A DNA stretch of 64,000 nucleotides from Candidatus Poribacteria bacterium (GCA_965198235.1 OZ240248.1:2176001-2240000); one strand, 5' to 3'; counted from the stretch's first letter, positions 38,924-49,562 are shown. The notes: a model not told the origin generated them from the letters alone. Numbers and translations: made by a program.

Positions 38924-38957
38924 TAGGGACGGGTCACCGTGCCCGTCCCTTTTTTTC
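38924..38957 (+). terminator. Intrinsic terminator
   Basis: AGGGACGGG/CCCGTCCCT stem followed by a T run, between convergent genes. Confidence 0.75.
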
Positions 38958-40103
38958 TTAGTTGGGTATTCCATTTCCGATAACAACCAATCGTGCCGCC
39001 TGCTCCGCTGTGTCAGCGATCAACCGCGATGCCTCTGTAACGGCATTTTCAAGAGACATCGGCTCTTGTACAATGCCTAACATTGCATCAATACCGGCAT
39101 CATAAACGGCTTCAGCCCCTTCAGCGATACCGCCAGCAATCGCAATAACTGGGATGCCGTGTGCTTTTGCGACCTTCGCAACACCGACAGGTGTTTTCCC
39201 AAACACCGTCTGAAAGTCCAGTTGCCCCTCACCGGTGAAAACGACGGCAGCACCTTTTACCCGTTCCTTGAGATTAACGGCATCAATCATAATATCAACA
39301 CCGAGCCGCAATTCGGCATTGAGGAACGCCATCAATCCTGCTCCTAATCCACCAGCTGCACCTGCGCCGGGAATATCATTAAAGGATTTTCCGAGGGTAT
39401 GCGTCAAAATCTTGTCAAAATGTGCGAGATGCCCATCTAACGTTTCGATCATTTCAAGGGTTGCCCCCTTCTGCGGTCCATAGACGTGTGATGCCCCGTC
39501 TGGTCCGGTCAAAGGGTTGTTAACATCACAGGCAACAACGGTTTCGGTTTCGGCAATAGCAGGATGTAAGCCGGTTGCATCTATTGACGTTAATTGTCCA
39601 AGATTCCCACCACCACGTTGAATCTGTTTTCCGTTCGTATCCAGCAATCGGACACCGAGTGCCTCCGCCATTCCAGCACCGCCATCGTTTGTCGCACTCC
39701 CACCGATACCGATAATCAAGCGTCGGCACCCCGTTTCCAGAGCGGCGTGAATAAGTTGTCCAGTCCCATAGGTGGTGGTCCGAAGTGGATTCCGTTCGTG
39801 CGGTTCGACGAGTGTGAGACCGGAGGCGGATGCCATCTCAATAACGGCGGTCTCTCCGTCGGAGAGGATACCGAATTGTGCATCGACCTCGTTTTCGAGT
39901 GGGGCAAGCACACGGCGCGTTTGGAGGTGTCCACCGGTAGCATCAACAAGCGATTGCACTGTTCCCTCGCCACCGTCTGCCATCGGTATTTTCTCAATGA
40001 CAGCATCGGGAAACACGCGGCGGAGTCCCTGCTCAATCGCCCTTGCAGCTTCGAGAGCACTGACACTCCCTTTAAATGAGTCGGGTGCAACTACAATTTT
40101 CAT
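38958..40103 (-). CDS. glxK: Glycerate kinase (GlxK/GarK family)
   Basis: MKIVVAPDSFKGS, ADGGEG, GGSATNDGG, GPQKGA, TGEG. Confidence 0.93.
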   Translation of the reverse strand: MKIVVAPDSFKGSVSALEAARAIEQGLRRVFPDAVIEKIPMADGGEGTVQSLVDATGGHLQTRRVLAPLENEVDAQFGILSDGETAVIEMASASGLTLVEPHERNPLRTTTYGTGQLIHAALETGCRRLIIGIGGSATNDGGAGMAEALGVRLLDTNGKQIQRGGGNLGQLTSIDATGLHPAIAETETVVACDVNNPLTGPDGASHVYGPQKGATLEMIETLDGHLAHFDKILTHTLGKSFNDIPGAGAAGGLGAGLMAFLNAELRLGVDIMIDAVNLKERVKGAAVVFTGEGQLDFQTVFGKTPVGVAKVAKAHGIPVIAIAGGIAEGAEAVYDAGIDAMLGIVQEPMSLENAVTEASRLIADTAEQAARLVVIGNGIPN

Positions 40104-40173
40104 AGTTGATAATTTACCATAAGTCCCGCGAATTGTCAAGTTCAGACAGCGCTATGGCAGAGCGATTCTATTC

Positions 40174-40203
40174 TCCTGTAGGAGGGATCTCCGAATCCCG
40201 ACT
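40174..40203 (+). repeat. GTAG-type REP palindrome
   Basis: TCCTGTAGGAGGGATCTCCGAATCCCGA, identical in reverse complement at 49563-49590; variants at 41944 and 58261. Confidence 0.85.
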
Positions 40204-40212
40204 TTTTCTAAC

Positions 40213-40241
40213 TTGATCTTTTTATGAGACACGGCTATAAT
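40213..40241 (+). promoter_or_regulatory. sigma70-type promoter
   Basis: TTGATC, 17 bp spacer, TATAAT, followed by AGGAGG RBS. Confidence 0.6.
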
Positions 40242-40264
40242 AAAATTACTAAAAGGAGGAGCAC

Positions 40265-41032
40265 ATGGACTGGCAATTGGAAGCAACTGTCTCTGATGAG
40301 CAGGTCGAATTTTACAAAGAAAACGGATATCTTATATTTGGACGCATCTTCACAAAAGCGGAGTTGGATACACTTCGAGATTATGTGGACGAGATGATTG
40401 AGAATTTGCCAGAGGGCAGACGTCCTGAACAGATGGATGTCCCACATTTTGAGCACCCATTTTTGTTTAAGTACCTAACGCATCCGCGGGTATTGAAGGT
40501 GATAGAACGGTTTATCGGACCGGATATTGCGCTCTGGTCGAGCCACTTTATTAGTAAACGCGAACACGATGGCATGGCAGTCCCGTGGCATCAAGACGGT
40601 GTATACTGGGGCAAGTCTCTTGAGCCGATGCATGTTATCACGATGTGGCTAGCGGTAGATGAATCGAAAGTTGAAAACGGTTGTATGCGTGTCATTGCTG
40701 GAAGTCATAACCAGCGAGACCGCCGCTATGAAGAGGTAGATCGGAAAAATAACCTTTTCGGCAGTGAAGTCATTGACGCTGACTTGGACGCCTCAAAGGT
40801 TGTCAACTTGGAACTGGAGGTCGGCGATTGCCATTTTCACGATGCGTGGACGATCCATAACTCCAGTCCGAACGTCTCACAGAAACGACGGTGTGGTTAC
40901 ACAATGCGCTACATGCCGGCAAATGTCCGCTACCCGGGTGCAGAATGGAGGCGCGCACATCATATCTATCTGCTGCAAGGTGAAGACAGGACAGATGGTT
41001 TTAACACCTACGCGCCTGTACCGGAATTCTAA
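40265..41032 (+). CDS. Phytanoyl-CoA dioxygenase (PhyH) family protein
   Basis: WHQD, ENGCMRVIAGSH, H.S..N.S..RR. Confidence 0.9.
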   Translation: MDWQLEATVSDEQVEFYKENGYLIFGRIFTKAELDTLRDYVDEMIENLPEGRRPEQMDVPHFEHPFLFKYLTHPRVLKVIERFIGPDIALWSSHFISKREHDGMAVPWHQDGVYWGKSLEPMHVITMWLAVDESKVENGCMRVIAGSHNQRDRRYEEVDRKNNLFGSEVIDADLDASKVVNLELEVGDCHFHDAWTIHNSSPNVSQKRRCGYTMRYMPANVRYPGAEWRRAHHIYLLQGEDRTDGFNTYAPVPEF

Positions 41033-41079
41033 AGATTGCAGGGTCCCTTAAGCACACAGAAAAACGAAAAGGAGGAGTT

Positions 41080-41940
41080 ATGCGTCCCTATTTCGATGTC
41101 CATTGTCACATCGGTATGACGGTATCACGCGCGCCGACTATAGGTCAGAGCGTCGGACGATGTCTCGCCCGGATGGCTTCCGCAGGTGTTATCGGTGCGA
41201 TTCCCTGCCCAACGGGTGGTAGTCCGCAGGCACGTGGTGTATTGGACACGCGCGCACAACACGAGACGATTGCCAACGCATGTAAGCTCTATCCAGAACG
41301 CTTTCCGATTGGACTTGGGATCGCGGAAGTCCGACACGAACAAGCGGGTGCTGACGAATTAGACAGAGCCATGCAGGAAGATGGTTTGGTTGGATTTATG
41401 TGTCATCCTGGATTGTCTGGACATTCACTCGGTGGTGAGCTATACGCGTTCCTTGAAGTCGTAGCGATGCACAACGGATTATGTCTGCTACATCAGGCAG
41501 GTTCCACCCAAAATATTGCTGCTTACGCGCAGCGATTTCCGTCGATAACGTTTATTATCGGGCATGTTTCAATGAATAAAGCCGGACATCTCGATGCAAT
41601 TGCGCAGTGTGGAAAATGCGAGAATATCTGGTTCGATGTAGCACAGAAGCCGGAAGGGGCAGATACGGGTTGGGACCTTGTACACCTCGTCAATAATCTC
41701 GGGAGCGACAGGATTATGTTCGGGAGCGACCTGCCGTATTACAATTTTCGTCTGGTGCAGGCGCAGATTGAATCCGCAGGACTTGATGATGAAACAAAGG
41801 AACGGATTGCCTACCGGAACTCGGCGCGGTTGGTTCAGCAATTCCGGGTAGACTGGATACCGACGTTGACCCCAATAACGCCCCCACAAGTTTACTCTGA
41901 GGCTGAGATGTGGGATGCGAATGGGGCAAGGCTGCGCTAA
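41080..41940 (+). CDS. Amidohydrolase-2 family protein
   Basis: FDVHCH, IIGH and RIMFGSDLPY motifs. Confidence 0.85.
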   Translation: MRPYFDVHCHIGMTVSRAPTIGQSVGRCLARMASAGVIGAIPCPTGGSPQARGVLDTRAQHETIANACKLYPERFPIGLGIAEVRHEQAGADELDRAMQEDGLVGFMCHPGLSGHSLGGELYAFLEVVAMHNGLCLLHQAGSTQNIAAYAQRFPSITFIIGHVSMNKAGHLDAIAQCGKCENIWFDVAQKPEGADTGWDLVHLVNNLGSDRIMFGSDLPYYNFRLVQAQIESAGLDDETKERIAYRNSARLVQQFRVDWIPTLTPITPPQVYSEAEMWDANGARLR

Positions 41941-41975
41941 CCAGTAGAAGCGATCTCCCAATCGCGACGCAATGG

Positions 41976-42842
41976 TTACTTGACAATTTCGACTGCACGA
42001 ATCCGACGGTGGAGCACGAAAAGGCAAAGGACTATCAGGGCAATCTGGACGAGGAGTGCCCACGCCCAATGCACGGCGTACTCGTGTGAACCCGCAAATA
42101 GGGCTGTGCCGAGAATGTCGTAGTGTGCCCAAATGGAAACTAAAGCCATTTTACTGGTGCGGGTAATCGATTTGAGTACCTCGTAGATAACAGGCGAACC
42201 GAACCACACGGCGCAGAAACCGATGATGGCATAGCGAGGATTTGAGGTGAGAGATGAGAACAATAACATCAATAGACTGGAAGAGAACGTGATAAGCACC
42301 GAGTAGGCAACGATCGAAAGAGGGATCCAATAGTTCTCTTTCAGAAAAGGGGTATCGGTCAGCAGCGCATGTTCAAGAAATAGCAACAGTCCCGGAACCA
42401 ATGTGAGACAACCGATCAAGATACCGATGACAGCAAATTTCCCGATCAGGTAGTCTATCCATGAAAGAGGTTTGGAGAGATAGAGTGAGAGCGCGTTGTT
42501 CTTTAGGTCAGTGGCGATTAATCCAGATCCCCCGAAAATAGCAATCAGCGCGATGAGAAATGAGGAAGGGGGACCTGTGCCGGGGTTTCGGAATAGAAAT
42601 TTCTGAAAGAATTCGTTGTCAATATCAAACGGAAACTCCACTCCCGCCACCTGGTTAAGGATGTAAATAAGGATTGCGTGAACCAAGATGTAGATTGCGG
42701 GGGGAATAGCAACAATCAATCGGACAATTTTGCGTTGTGTCAGCAGTTTTAACTCTGCTTTTGTGATAATCCACCACCGTGTATGAGGGCGGGGGTTCAG
42801 TGTGCCTTCCCAATGTCGGTAGTCTTGTGTGTGAATGGGCAT
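41976..42842 (-). CDS. ABC-2 type transporter permease
   Basis: D..NNALSLYLSKPL..DY.IGK motif, about six transmembrane helices. Confidence 0.8.
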   Translation of the reverse strand: MPIHTQDYRHWEGTLNPRPHTRWWIITKAELKLLTQRKIVRLIVAIPPAIYILVHAILIYILNQVAGVEFPFDIDNEFFQKFLFRNPGTGPPSSFLIALIAIFGGSGLIATDLKNNALSLYLSKPLSWIDYLIGKFAVIGILIGCLTLVPGLLLFLEHALLTDTPFLKENYWIPLSIVAYSVLITFSSSLLMLLFSSLTSNPRYAIIGFCAVWFGSPVIYEVLKSITRTSKMALVSIWAHYDILGTALFAGSHEYAVHWAWALLVQIALIVLCLFVLHRRIRAVEIVK

Positions 42843-42927
42843 ATTTCTTAATTCAGTCTCGCTATTTGTATGATTCTGAAGAACAACAGTGATAAGGCTA
42901 CGCGTTTAAAATATTAAGCCAAAACGC

Positions 42928-43016
42928 TAGTCCGTAATGAAATGGAGGACGGCTTTAGAGCGAGGAAAATCAAGTTCCCAACCCACGTCATTTAACCGCA
43001 AGGCATAATTAAAAAG
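42928..43016 (+). repeat. Dispersed hairpin element (AACCGCAAGG family)
   Basis: CTAGTCC-GTAATGAAATGGA-GGAC...AACCGCAAGGCATAATTAAAAA. Confidence 0.75.
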
Positions 43017-43021
43017 CTGTC

Positions 43022-43540
43022 TTAATGCTTATAGATGGCGGTTCTCTCTAAGGTATCCGAGAAGGGCCCCTGTTTTTCAGTCTGAATTTCAACGGTGATG
43101 ACACCTAAAGGCGTGTCGCGTTCCGGATCTTCGTCGATGAAGGCACGCGGGATTTCCGCAGTCATGAGCCGATCCAGTCTATTAAGTTCTTGCGACCAAC
43201 GGAGGTCGATGAGCCGTCCATCGTAGACTTTCTTATGTTGCTTCCCGTTACGCATGGAATAAACCTTGACATTGGTGGTGAAATCCGCTTCAGAAACAGT
43301 GCTCACGCCGATACTTGGACTGAGGATGCTCTGATTCCATATCAACGGTATGCCGTTTCTATCAACCAGATAAATCCGTAGATCAATCCTATCAACGCGT
43401 GAGTCCGAGTGGATCTGGATGCCCTCAAAATTCTGAATTACCCCGCTCCCACACGAAAGCGTAACAAGAACGCAGATGCCGACGAGCACGACTCTCCGAC
43501 TCTTTAATATAAGCTTGCGGGGCAAATTAAAACGAAACAC
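43022..43540 (-). CDS. Hypothetical lipoprotein
   Basis: GAGGAGG RBS, GTG start, hydrophobic stretch with TLSC lipobox. Confidence 0.65.
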   Translation of the reverse strand: MFRFNLPRKLILKSRRVVLVGICVLVTLSCGSGVIQNFEGIQIHSDSRVDRIDLRIYLVDRNGIPLIWNQSILSPSIGVSTVSEADFTTNVKVYSMRNGKQHKKVYDGRLIDLRWSQELNRLDRLMTAEIPRAFIDEDPERDTPLGVITVEIQTEKQGPFSDTLERTAIYKH

Positions 43541-43607
43541 ATCAATCCTCCTCTATTGGGTTTTTAAGGGCAGCTTGCAGGCTTCCCATAGAAGTCCGTT
43601 TCAATTC

Positions 43608-43678
43608 ATTATAGCGTTTTAAGAGGCGGATGTCAATCTAAAATCCCGTCTTGCATCTTTTCTCAAAAGTGATATAAT
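43608..43678. promoter_or_regulatory. Divergent sigma70-type promoters
   Basis: Minus strand TTGACA-17-TATAAT (43636-43608); plus strand TTGCAT-16-TATAAT (43651-43678). Confidence 0.65.
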
Positions 43679-43764
43679 GATACTCATGATACCCACTTCT
43701 GGGACCGAGTGCGTGGATACTTTAAAAAGAGAGAAACGTACAAACTCTCAAAGACATCTAAGCT

Positions 43765-43846
43765 TAATCGGAAACCTGCCCGTAACGAAGTGGAGGGGTT
43801 TTTGCTTGGGTGTTGCTTTAGTCCAGGGTCCATAGTTAAAAAAACA
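43765..43846 (+). repeat. Dispersed hairpin element variant in the ADH leader
   Basis: TAATCGGAAACCTGCCCGTAACGAAGTGGAGGGGTTTTTGCTTGGGTGTT...CCATAGTTAAAAAAA. Confidence 0.8.
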
Positions 43847-43863
43847 AATTTCGGAGGAACCCC

Positions 43864-44946
43864 ATGAAAGCCGCAGTATTATATGAAACTGACACACACT
43901 TAAAGATTGAGGAGTTCGACTTACCGCGTCCAAGCGCGAATCAGGTACGAGTGCGATTGGTCGCCAGTGGCGTTTGCCACTCCGATTGGCACGTCGTTAA
44001 GGGCGATTGGCCCTTCGTCAGGTTACCTGTCATCCTTGGACATGAAGGGGCTGGAATCATTGAAGAGATCGGAAGCGATGTGACGCAAGTCCAGGTCGGT
44101 GACCATGTTATCCTTTCATGGAAACGGAACTGTGGATACTGCGAAATGTGCCAGAAAGGGTATCCGAATTTGTGTGCGCTTCCTTCCGACGGTTCAGGCA
44201 GACCAGCTATAAAATCAAGTGGACGTGAGATCGACCAGATGTCGGGATTAGGAACATTCGGCACTGAGACGCTCGTTCCACAAGACGCGGTTGTTCCCAT
44301 TGATAAGGACATGCCGTTCGCACAAGCCGCGCTGATTGGGTGTGGCGTGATGACAGGGGTCGGTGCGGCTATCAATACAGCAGAAGTTTCACCCGGCAGT
44401 TCAGTCGCTGTCTTTGGATGCGGTGGGGTTGGACTCAATTGCATACAAGGTGCCGCGCTTTCTGGTGGTGAGCCTATTATTGCCGTTGATGTACTGGACA
44501 ACAAACTTGAACTCGGCAAACAGTTTGGTGCGACGCACATGGTTAACGCCTCCGAGGTAGACCCCGTAGAACGAATTAAGGAGATTACCGATGGACGTGG
44601 TGTCCACTATGCATTTGAGGCAATCGGGTTGATCGGTGAAACCTTCCGACAAGCGATCCTCTGCACGCGGAGTAGAGGTGTGACGGTGTTTGTCGGGCAT
44701 GCCCCGGAGAATACCTCCGTCGAATTCGATGCACGGATGCTGATGCCAGAGAAGATGGTTATCGGTTCGATGTACGGCACTGCGCGTCCGCATGTAGATT
44801 TCCCGCGTTTGGTTTCGCTCTATAAAGCCGGGCAACTTAAGCTGGACGAACTCGTCACGCGCACCTATCCCTTGGAAGGGATAAATGAGGCATTTGAGGC
44901 TTTGGCAAGAGGCGAAGTCGCACGGAGCGTCCTTGATTTAACTTAA
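43864..44946 (+). CDS. Zn-dependent alcohol dehydrogenase (class III-like)
   Basis: GVCHSD, GHEGAG, CGYCEMC..C, GCGGVG. Confidence 0.93.
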   Translation: MKAAVLYETDTHLKIEEFDLPRPSANQVRVRLVASGVCHSDWHVVKGDWPFVRLPVILGHEGAGIIEEIGSDVTQVQVGDHVILSWKRNCGYCEMCQKGYPNLCALPSDGSGRPAIKSSGREIDQMSGLGTFGTETLVPQDAVVPIDKDMPFAQAALIGCGVMTGVGAAINTAEVSPGSSVAVFGCGGVGLNCIQGAALSGGEPIIAVDVLDNKLELGKQFGATHMVNASEVDPVERIKEITDGRGVHYAFEAIGLIGETFRQAILCTRSRGVTVFVGHAPENTSVEFDARMLMPEKMVIGSMYGTARPHVDFPRLVSLYKAGQLKLDELVTRTYPLEGINEAFEALARGEVARSVLDLT

Positions 44947-44970
44947 TAAAATGGGGTGGAGGCCGGAAAA

Positions 44971-45789
44971 CTATTCGAGGATACGTTCCATACGCTCGCG
45001 AATCCACGCTTTGTGTTCAGGATGTGTGTGAATATAGAAGGTACCGTTCTGGATGGCGTTATAGACCTGCTCTGCCACTTCCGAAGGCGACATGCCCGCC
45101 TCCATCTCGGCGCGGGTGTTCCGTGAACCGCCGATAGTTAGTTCATGCGGTTGCGTCTTCTCCGTCGGGTTTCGCCATGCGTCCGGGCGGTTTCGGGCGG
45201 AGTCCAGAATCCCCGTGCGAACCCAGCCGGGACACAGCACATGCACCTGAATATTAGCCCCTTTCTGTGCCAATTCATCGGCGAGGGTTTCGGAAAGCAC
45301 GACGACACCGTGTTTGCTCACCTTATAGATGCCTTCGCCACTGCCTCCTACCAAGCCCAAGATGGAAGCAGTGTTCACAATATGACACTCGTCCCCTTGT
45401 GCGAGCATGCGCGGAACAAACGCGCGGATGCCGTGAATCACACCCCACAGGTTAACGCCCAACACCCATTCCCAGTCGGCGAGGGGGTGCTCCCAGACAG
45501 GTCGGCTACAAACAACGCCGGCGTTGTTACAGAGGATATGCACCGCGCCAAAAGCATCTAACGTCTGCTGGGCAAGGTTTTCGACCTCTGTTGCGTTTGA
45601 GACATCCGTTCTGACGGTGAGAACCGTTGCCCCTTTGGCACTTAAGTCCGCTTCAAGTCCAACTAACGGCTCATCTTCAACGTCAGCGAGAACGACTTTC
45701 ATACCTTCCGCTGCAAACCGTTCTGCCAATCCTCGTCCGATACCGCTCGCTGCACCAGTGATAACAGCAACATTTTGCATGACGTTCAA
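44971..45789 (-). CDS. Short-chain dehydrogenase/reductase
   Basis: TGAASGIG, NNAG, YKVSK. Confidence 0.92.
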   Translation of the reverse strand: MNVMQNVAVITGAASGIGRGLAERFAAEGMKVVLADVEDEPLVGLEADLSAKGATVLTVRTDVSNATEVENLAQQTLDAFGAVHILCNNAGVVCSRPVWEHPLADWEWVLGVNLWGVIHGIRAFVPRMLAQGDECHIVNTASILGLVGGSGEGIYKVSKHGVVVLSETLADELAQKGANIQVHVLCPGWVRTGILDSARNRPDAWRNPTEKTQPHELTIGGSRNTRAEMEAGMSPSEVAEQVYNAIQNGTFYIHTHPEHKAWIRERMERILE

Positions 45790-46484
45790 ATCTCCGCCTG
45801 GCGTTGCTGATGATACTCCTCTAACGCCCGATTTGCATTCACAATCGTCTCTAACTTTTCGCCGAGCGCGTCGATGTGTTCACCGGGGAAAGCGAAGTAG
45901 AAGTCATCGTCGGAGAGTGATGTATAGACGCGGTTGCCGATACACCCCAAGCTGCTTACACTTCGTCCGCCTTGTATCACAGCAGGAATGACTGCACACG
46001 TTGGTCGTCCCATGACACCCCCTTCTGTTGAAAAGTCGGTGCCGACTCCAGCAGCGGTTGCGGCTTCTGCCAAGAGCATCATCTGTCTTGGCGTGCCAGA
46101 GATGATGACGACATCGGGAGTGCCTATCGCACCTGCTAAAGGCGCGTAGACTGCACTTTGGAAAGGGGTTTCCTGTCTTGGGATACCCGGAACTTCTTCC
46201 ATAGCGATGTAGCCGAGTTCGCCCATCAATCCGAGTGTATTTTCAAGTTCCTCGGCTTGCGCGGGTGGAAGTTCAACGTTATGGGTGTAGCACCCTATCG
46301 GGCAGTTGTAATGGTCGGAGGCTTCGGTGTAGAAGGTTTTGCCTTCCGCTGCACGTCGCCAATAGGTGCAACCGGAAGCTTCAACCTTTTCCACACCGGA
46401 AACACCATCCGGTTGTGTGTCATGAAACGTTACAGCAACAGGGGCGGTTTCCAAATTGAGCAATTGTTGAATCCGTTCTGACAT
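45786..46484 (-). CDS. DUF169 family protein
   Basis: PVAV, GC.YW, CPIG, PDVVI, RPTC, SLGCIGNR; AAGGAG RBS. Confidence 0.8.
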   Translation of the reverse strand: MSERIQQLLNLETAPVAVTFHDTQPDGVSGVEKVEASGCTYWRRAAEGKTFYTEASDHYNCPIGCYTHNVELPPAQAEELENTLGLMGELGYIAMEEVPGIPRQETPFQSAVYAPLAGAIGTPDVVIISGTPRQMMLLAEAATAAGVGTDFSTEGGVMGRPTCAVIPAVIQGGRSVSSLGCIGNRVYTSLSDDDFYFAFPGEHIDALGEKLETIVNANRALEEYHQQRQAEI

Positions 46485-46616
46485 ATTTTCTCCTTTATAG
46501 CCAAAGTCGGTTTTTGGCAGGGGAGGGGCGGGAGAAGTTCCCAGAGTTAAAAAGTTGCTAAAAACCTATCTGAAACCCAATTGGACTGTCCGACCAATCG
46601 GAGCAAAACCCGATAG

Positions 46617-48026
46617 TTAAAAGGATTGAATTGGGGCAAACTGCCCATCCGTAGGTTCCGCTCAGCAGAACCATGCTTCGGTGAGTCGTGGCGCGGGTAG
46701 ATGTGCTTCTCTTTTCTGTATTGGTGGAGAATGCCCTTGCCTGTCGGCAGCAAGGGTCCATATCCGATAAAAGGTCTTCAACGCGTCAACACCGGCTCGC
46801 GCATCGGTTTCGACGAGGGCATTGACCGTTTTATGGAGTTCATCCATTCGTGCATCGGGGTGCGCCCACGTGTAACTGAAGGAGGCTTCGTCAAGTGTGA
46901 GTGAAAGTTGTTTCGTTTCGGGACGATTGAGTAGATATGAACCCGGTGGAATTAGCAATCGAACGGCATATTGCACCGGATCCACGTGATAGATGAGGCG
47001 ATACTTATCAACAAACTGGAGGATTTCGAGATAGTCATCTAAGGTCGTCCACGGCGTAAACGGCACCCATGTCGGACGTAACGCGATTCCAGCTCCGTGA
47101 ACGATGTCAATTGCTTCCTCTACATCGGCACGCGTGTGATGCTTCTCCAAAATCGTCAGCACCTGTTTATTCAGTGTTTCGACGGCAGAGATGACGAACC
47201 GACATCCGAGTTGCGCGAATTCTGGAAAATGTGCTCTATTTTTCAGAATGTGCTCAATCTTGGTTGTAAGGTCAAAAGTGAGTGTCGGGAAGGTTTCGTG
47301 CATTGCGCGAAGGATACGGAGTCCATGCGTCGGACCGTTGAGAAAATCTGGGTCGCCAAAGGTGATATGTGTCGCACCTTCCACGACCTGTTCCTGTATT
47401 TCGGCGAGTACGGTGTCGCGTTGCACAGCGAAAAACTTGCCGTTATAGACCGGAGGAATAGGGCAGTGCATGCAGAGATGCTTGCACCCGTGTGTTGTCT
47501 CGGTATAACCGACGGTTCGCACCTCATCCTTGTCCTCAAATTGGGCATAGGTTTCCAGCGGTGGTAGTGCCGCAATGTGAAAATCGGATTCCTCTGCTTC
47601 AGACTGTCCTTCCTCTGCAAGGGATTCCACCAGCGTGACGAGTTGCGTTGACGCTGTGCCACTGATGCAATAATCAACACCGTGTGAAAGCAGATAGTCG
47701 GCGTTGAGCGTTGCGTAAAGACCATACATGCATATTTTGTAAGGTGTCCCTTGCTTAAGTTGACGGATGCGTTCAAGGAGATGAACCCCCAGCCGCAAAG
47801 CGGTGTGCATCGGGACGGATATACCGATGAAGCGTGCGCGCTCAACCTTTTCAACATCCAACGGTTCGACAGCAATATCAATTGCATCGGAAGCGAATCC
47901 CGCCGTTTCAAGAGCGCGAAGTGGACGGGTAAGTCCGATCGGTCGGTGCCCGAGTTCATAGCACGAGATTAAGAGGACAGCACCGGGATCATGTATCGCT
48001 GAGGCGATCTGCGTTTCCGTTTTCAT
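46617..48026 (-). CDS. CUAEP-tail radical SAM selenoprotein (TGA at 46662-46664 read as Sec)
   Basis: CKHLCMHC radical SAM motif, B12-binding-like N-terminus; read-through gives WFC-U-AEPTDGQFAPIQSF*. Confidence 0.85.
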
Positions 48027-48107
48027 ACTAAATAGGATAGCACGTCATCAGAGAATTGGCAACACAATCTTTGGTTGATTTTGAAGTCAAGGTGCTTACA
48101 AGCACAC

Positions 48108-49481
48108 CTACTTCGCAAGTCTCTGAAGAATGTTATGCGTGATGCGTTCAACGATAGCATCGCCACCCGCCAAGCCGTGCGACCAATCGGTTGTGGCGGC
48201 GGTAAAGACAGTCCCACCTTTTGTGTAGATACCCATCGTTGCGGCACCGGTTCTCCCTCTTTCCCAACGTTCATACCATGCACAGTCATCAGGATGCCAA
48301 CGGACAGGAGCCGTTGCGAGGATCGTGAAACCTTCAGGCGTACCGTCGCGATAGGTCGGGACCGGCAGACCGTCTTCAAGGGTCCACTCGCATCCGTCGC
48401 ATTCGTAACCGACAATGGTATTTTCGCCACCAAAGGTATCATCTCGCGAGAGATTTGTTCCTTCAAACACCCAGTGCTCCGGATGATGGGCGGTATATTC
48501 CCCAGGACCGTCCATAAACTGTCCATGGCTCAAATGATAACCCCCTTGCAGAAAGCCTACACCGGTCAACTGGTTCTCGGGACGGTCTACCAGATAGTGG
48601 CTCCACAGCGTACTGAGGGTACTGTGGTCATCGGTCTTATAAACCGGATCCTGGTTATAGGTTTGCTTCCAGCAGACGAGAGCCCTACCGTCATCTTCAG
48701 AGCGGACCTGCCAACAAACCGAATTCCCACTGAAGAAGGCGGCGTTTCCGCCGTTGGCAATAAATGCCTCAAGATTATCGCGCATCGGAGCGGACCAGTA
48801 TTCATCATGTCCGACGCTCAAGACGAGTTTGTAATGCTCCAACATTTCAGGGTGGAATTCCAAATCGGAGTTCGCAGCGTAATCAAGCGTGTACCCGTTC
48901 TGTTCCGCCCAGACGATAAAGGGCAGTTCCCAGTTACTGCAGATACCACGGGTGGGTCGATCGAACGAGACACGGTTTCCCTGTATCTTACTTGCCCCGT
49001 GATACCCGTAAAGACTGAAGCCACCCCAGTTGTTATAGGCGTTATAAGTGTTAGTAGAGAGTTGGAGTAGGATAGGCGTATTCGCCCCCGGTTTCGCAGG
49101 ACGGACAATAAAGAAGAGCGTGCTTTCAGCCGTGCGGTGATTTCTATAGACCTGGGCACCACCGCCATCGGTCGCACGGAGTGTGCCTTCATAATACCCG
49201 CTTTGCCACGTTTCAGGCACTTCGAGCGTAAAGGTGGGAGACCATCCACATCCCTGCGATGATGCATCTGCGGGAATGGGTTGCGCTTCACCCGGAAGTT
49301 CGGTCTGACTCCAGACGACCTCGCGCGTTGCACCGATGCGAGTAATCTCAAGCGAGTAGTTTTCTGCACTCGTTGAGAGGTGGAACGCGATTTCTTCACC
49401 GGGAGCATAGCTGAGTTGGTGGGTGTATCCGTCAATATACAGCGGTCTGATTTGGTTCTCGGTTTGCGTTAAATTTGCCAT
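48108..49481 (-). CDS. N,N-dimethylformamidase large-subunit-like protein
   Basis: NTYNAYNNWGG.SLY, VSFDRP, SVGHDEYWS, GYECD; GGAGG RBS before ATG 49481. Confidence 0.8.
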   Translation of the reverse strand: MANLTQTENQIRPLYIDGYTHQLSYAPGEEIAFHLSTSAENYSLEITRIGATREVVWSQTELPGEAQPIPADASSQGCGWSPTFTLEVPETWQSGYYEGTLRATDGGGAQVYRNHRTAESTLFFIVRPAKPGANTPILLQLSTNTYNAYNNWGGFSLYGYHGASKIQGNRVSFDRPTRGICSNWELPFIVWAEQNGYTLDYAANSDLEFHPEMLEHYKLVLSVGHDEYWSAPMRDNLEAFIANGGNAAFFSGNSVCWQVRSEDDGRALVCWKQTYNQDPVYKTDDHSTLSTLWSHYLVDRPENQLTGVGFLQGGYHLSHGQFMDGPGEYTAHHPEHWVFEGTNLSRDDTFGGENTIVGYECDGCEWTLEDGLPVPTYRDGTPEGFTILATAPVRWHPDDCAWYERWERGRTGAATMGIYTKGGTVFTAATTDWSHGLAGGDAIVERITHNILQRLAK

Positions 49482-49562
49482 TATACGTCCTCCTTTGATG
49501 TGTAGCGTAGCATTTTCTGGACGAAATGTCAACTTCTCAAGGCTATTTCTGAGAGCAAGGAA

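Noticed and set aside
48075-49070. 331 aa plus-strand ORF and other long antisense ORFs
   Set aside because: Shadows of well-supported opposite-strand genes, with no recognisable motifs
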